Shown here: piece after piece, positions 62,100 through 64,000 of the stretch
Layout: each line of letters opens with the position of its first letter
Numbering within the stretch: position 1 is the first letter of the stretch
Assembly: GCA_040954595.2 (NCBI GenBank)
Contig: CM082596.2
Location: forward strand, 9,072,461 to 9,136,460
Direction of reading: 5' to 3'
From: Balanoglossus misakiensis
Lineage: Eukaryota > Animalia > Hemichordata
DNA: 64,000 nucleotides
The notes under the pieces: model-generated
Seen by the model: only the letters and a program-made list of their open reading frames with translations
Told to the model about the DNA's origin: nothing
The model's database searches: none
Position numbers and translations under genes: made by a program

Positions 62100-64000
62100 C
62101 AACAAGTAAGTTTTCAGGTTTAACCCAGAAAGATGTCAACCAGCTGCCATATGATATTGATGGAGATTGTGCTTTTTGTTTGAAGTATGGCAAAACTCCA
62201 GGCAATAGAATTAAGAGTACTGTGGATGGAAGAAATTGGACACGTTACAACAAATCTTTCACAAAAGAGTTCAGTAAAAATGATGGATTACGGCTACGTG
62301 CTAATTGCAAGGGCACATACAAATGTGTCAATAATGAATGCCCATTCCAGAAATACTACAACTGTCAAAATTCTCGTCATTGTTTAAAACAGGGAGAAAA
62401 CGTAGTTTGTGAAGAGTGTGAACAAAAAATGAATTTCTTCATCTGTAATGCTGTGAAAATATGGGAGTTTCCAAAGAACAGTGACATGGTAAAAGTTTTC
62501 CATTATGGTAGGCACACATGTAATCCTGTAAAGAGACCCAAATTTCCTACATTACTGCAGGATGCTGTGAAGCTAAATCCCAGCAAAAAGACTTGTGAAC
62601 TTTCATCTAATATTCTGATGGACGCAGTCAGAAATGGTGAGTCGCGTGAGAGTGTTGAAGAGATGGCATATAGTTTATCAGATGGGATGAAAGCCAGAAA
62701 TTTTAAATACAAAACACTAGTAACGCAAGTATCATCAAAAAAGTTAGCAGAACTCCAACACAAATGTGTGAATACATACAAAGATGAGTTCCTCCTGTAT
62801 GAATATCAAATAAAAGAACAAAGGAATGGTTTTTGGTTCATAGTTAAGGGTTCAATCAAAGATGGTAATGTTTGCCTTGAAGAATTCCAAACAGATTGTC
62901 CTGAACAATATAAAACTTACATTATAAAATCATCAAAGGAAAGAATACAAACAGCAATGCATTTAATGAATAAGGACCACTTTATGAGTGACGAGTGGTC
63001 CTTTACGGACTTCAAAGTAAATAGAGTAAAATTGAAGGCACAAAAACTAAAGTCTCTTAGTATAAGTACATACCATACCTTACTAAAGAGAGTAGTGTGG
63101 CTAGCCCGTATGGATTGTGAGCACGAGGACACATAAACAGTAGAACTGTTTTTGAATAAAGTTGACGAGATGGTTAGTAAATATACATCAGGTGCAAATA
63201 CACATTTCAGACCTACTGCTGGTTGGATGTTGGATGAAGGTGGTGGGCTCCACTGTGGCCTTGGAAAGAAATTTGGAAAGGCATATTGTGATGAGAATGT
63301 TGTTACCTGCCGTCTCTATTTAATGCAATGTGCACTTAGACATGCAAATAGTGCTAATGTTGGTCTGCCAAAGAAAAGTGAAACTGTAACCAAATTTAGA
63401 TCCCTCGTGAATGAATTAGTGTATTCTGTTACTGTCAATGAATACAAGGTATGTTACAGAGAATTGGAAAGTTTCGTACAAGAGATTGGAAATAGTGGAC
63501 TTCTCCGATGGCTGTACTGGTGGGATAAAAGACGTACTCGCTCATGTCATGGAGGCATACAGACCTAAACGTTTATCATGTCAAAATACTAATTTGGCAG
63601 AGGTCAGTCATGCGTCAATGACACATTGTGGTGGATCTGATCTTACAATAGCAGAGGCAGCAGTGTATGACATAGCAGATTCATTCAGATATGGACAGTT
63701 GATAAAGAGTTACAGTGAGGGAACAGCTAAAAGTGGTGCAGGTCCATCCTATGCTATGAAACTGAAAGCCAAAGATACGAAAGAGGAAAAAACTGTTGAT
63801 ACACTGATGAGAGAGTTACATGAACAATTCATTGGAGGGAATGGTCCAGTGATGGCTTCAGGCTCTTCATTTACTGCAGATCCCAAAGCATCACACAGAG
63901 CAGATAGAGGAAGAGACAATGATGTTAGACCAAAAGGGAGGTCAAGAACAAATTCCAGTAAAGCATTAACCATGTCTATACAGAAGACAAAAGAAATGAT
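62100..64000 (+). pseudogene. Decayed Mutator-like (MULE-type) transposase with N-terminal zinc finger; runs off the right edge
   Basis: CKGTYKCVNNECPF...CEEC...C...HYGRHTC finger; FTDFK, WMLDEGG, TCRLYLMQC (a decayed CxxH position), WLYWWDKRR, TNLAE. Stop at 63134 and a frameshift near 63545. Confidence 0.5.

Overview
Eukaryotic DNA, most likely from an invertebrate animal (inferred from spliceosomal introns, a U2 snRNA fragment and metazoan transposon families). The window is heterochromatin-like and contains no recognisable host protein gene. It opens with about 52 near-identical copies of a 130-bp satellite (1-6723). A ~1.7-kb tandem array follows (11.6-23.3 kb); its first unit carries three Helentron-type non-autonomous (HINE-like) elements inserted Russian-doll fashion into one another at the same internal site. 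Next is an 18.7-kb Kolobok DNA transposon with a spliced DDE transposase and a convergent KolX/P2X7-ballast-like gene. Its first intron holds an ISL2EU element, and that element's TIR holds an intact Gypsy LTR retrotransposon. At 46288 the first 29 nt of U2 snRNA are fused to a Tx1/L1-type LINE (Keno-like, U2-targeting by inference). That LINE is split by a PAT-like DIRS tyrosine-recombinase retroelement and by a second, decayed Gypsy that itself carries a MITE. The window ends with MITEs, HINE remnants and a decayed Mutator-like ORF. The most notable observations are the site-specific self-nesting HINE stack and the U2-anchored four-level nest. All calls come from reading motifs and termini by eye; no database searches were run.
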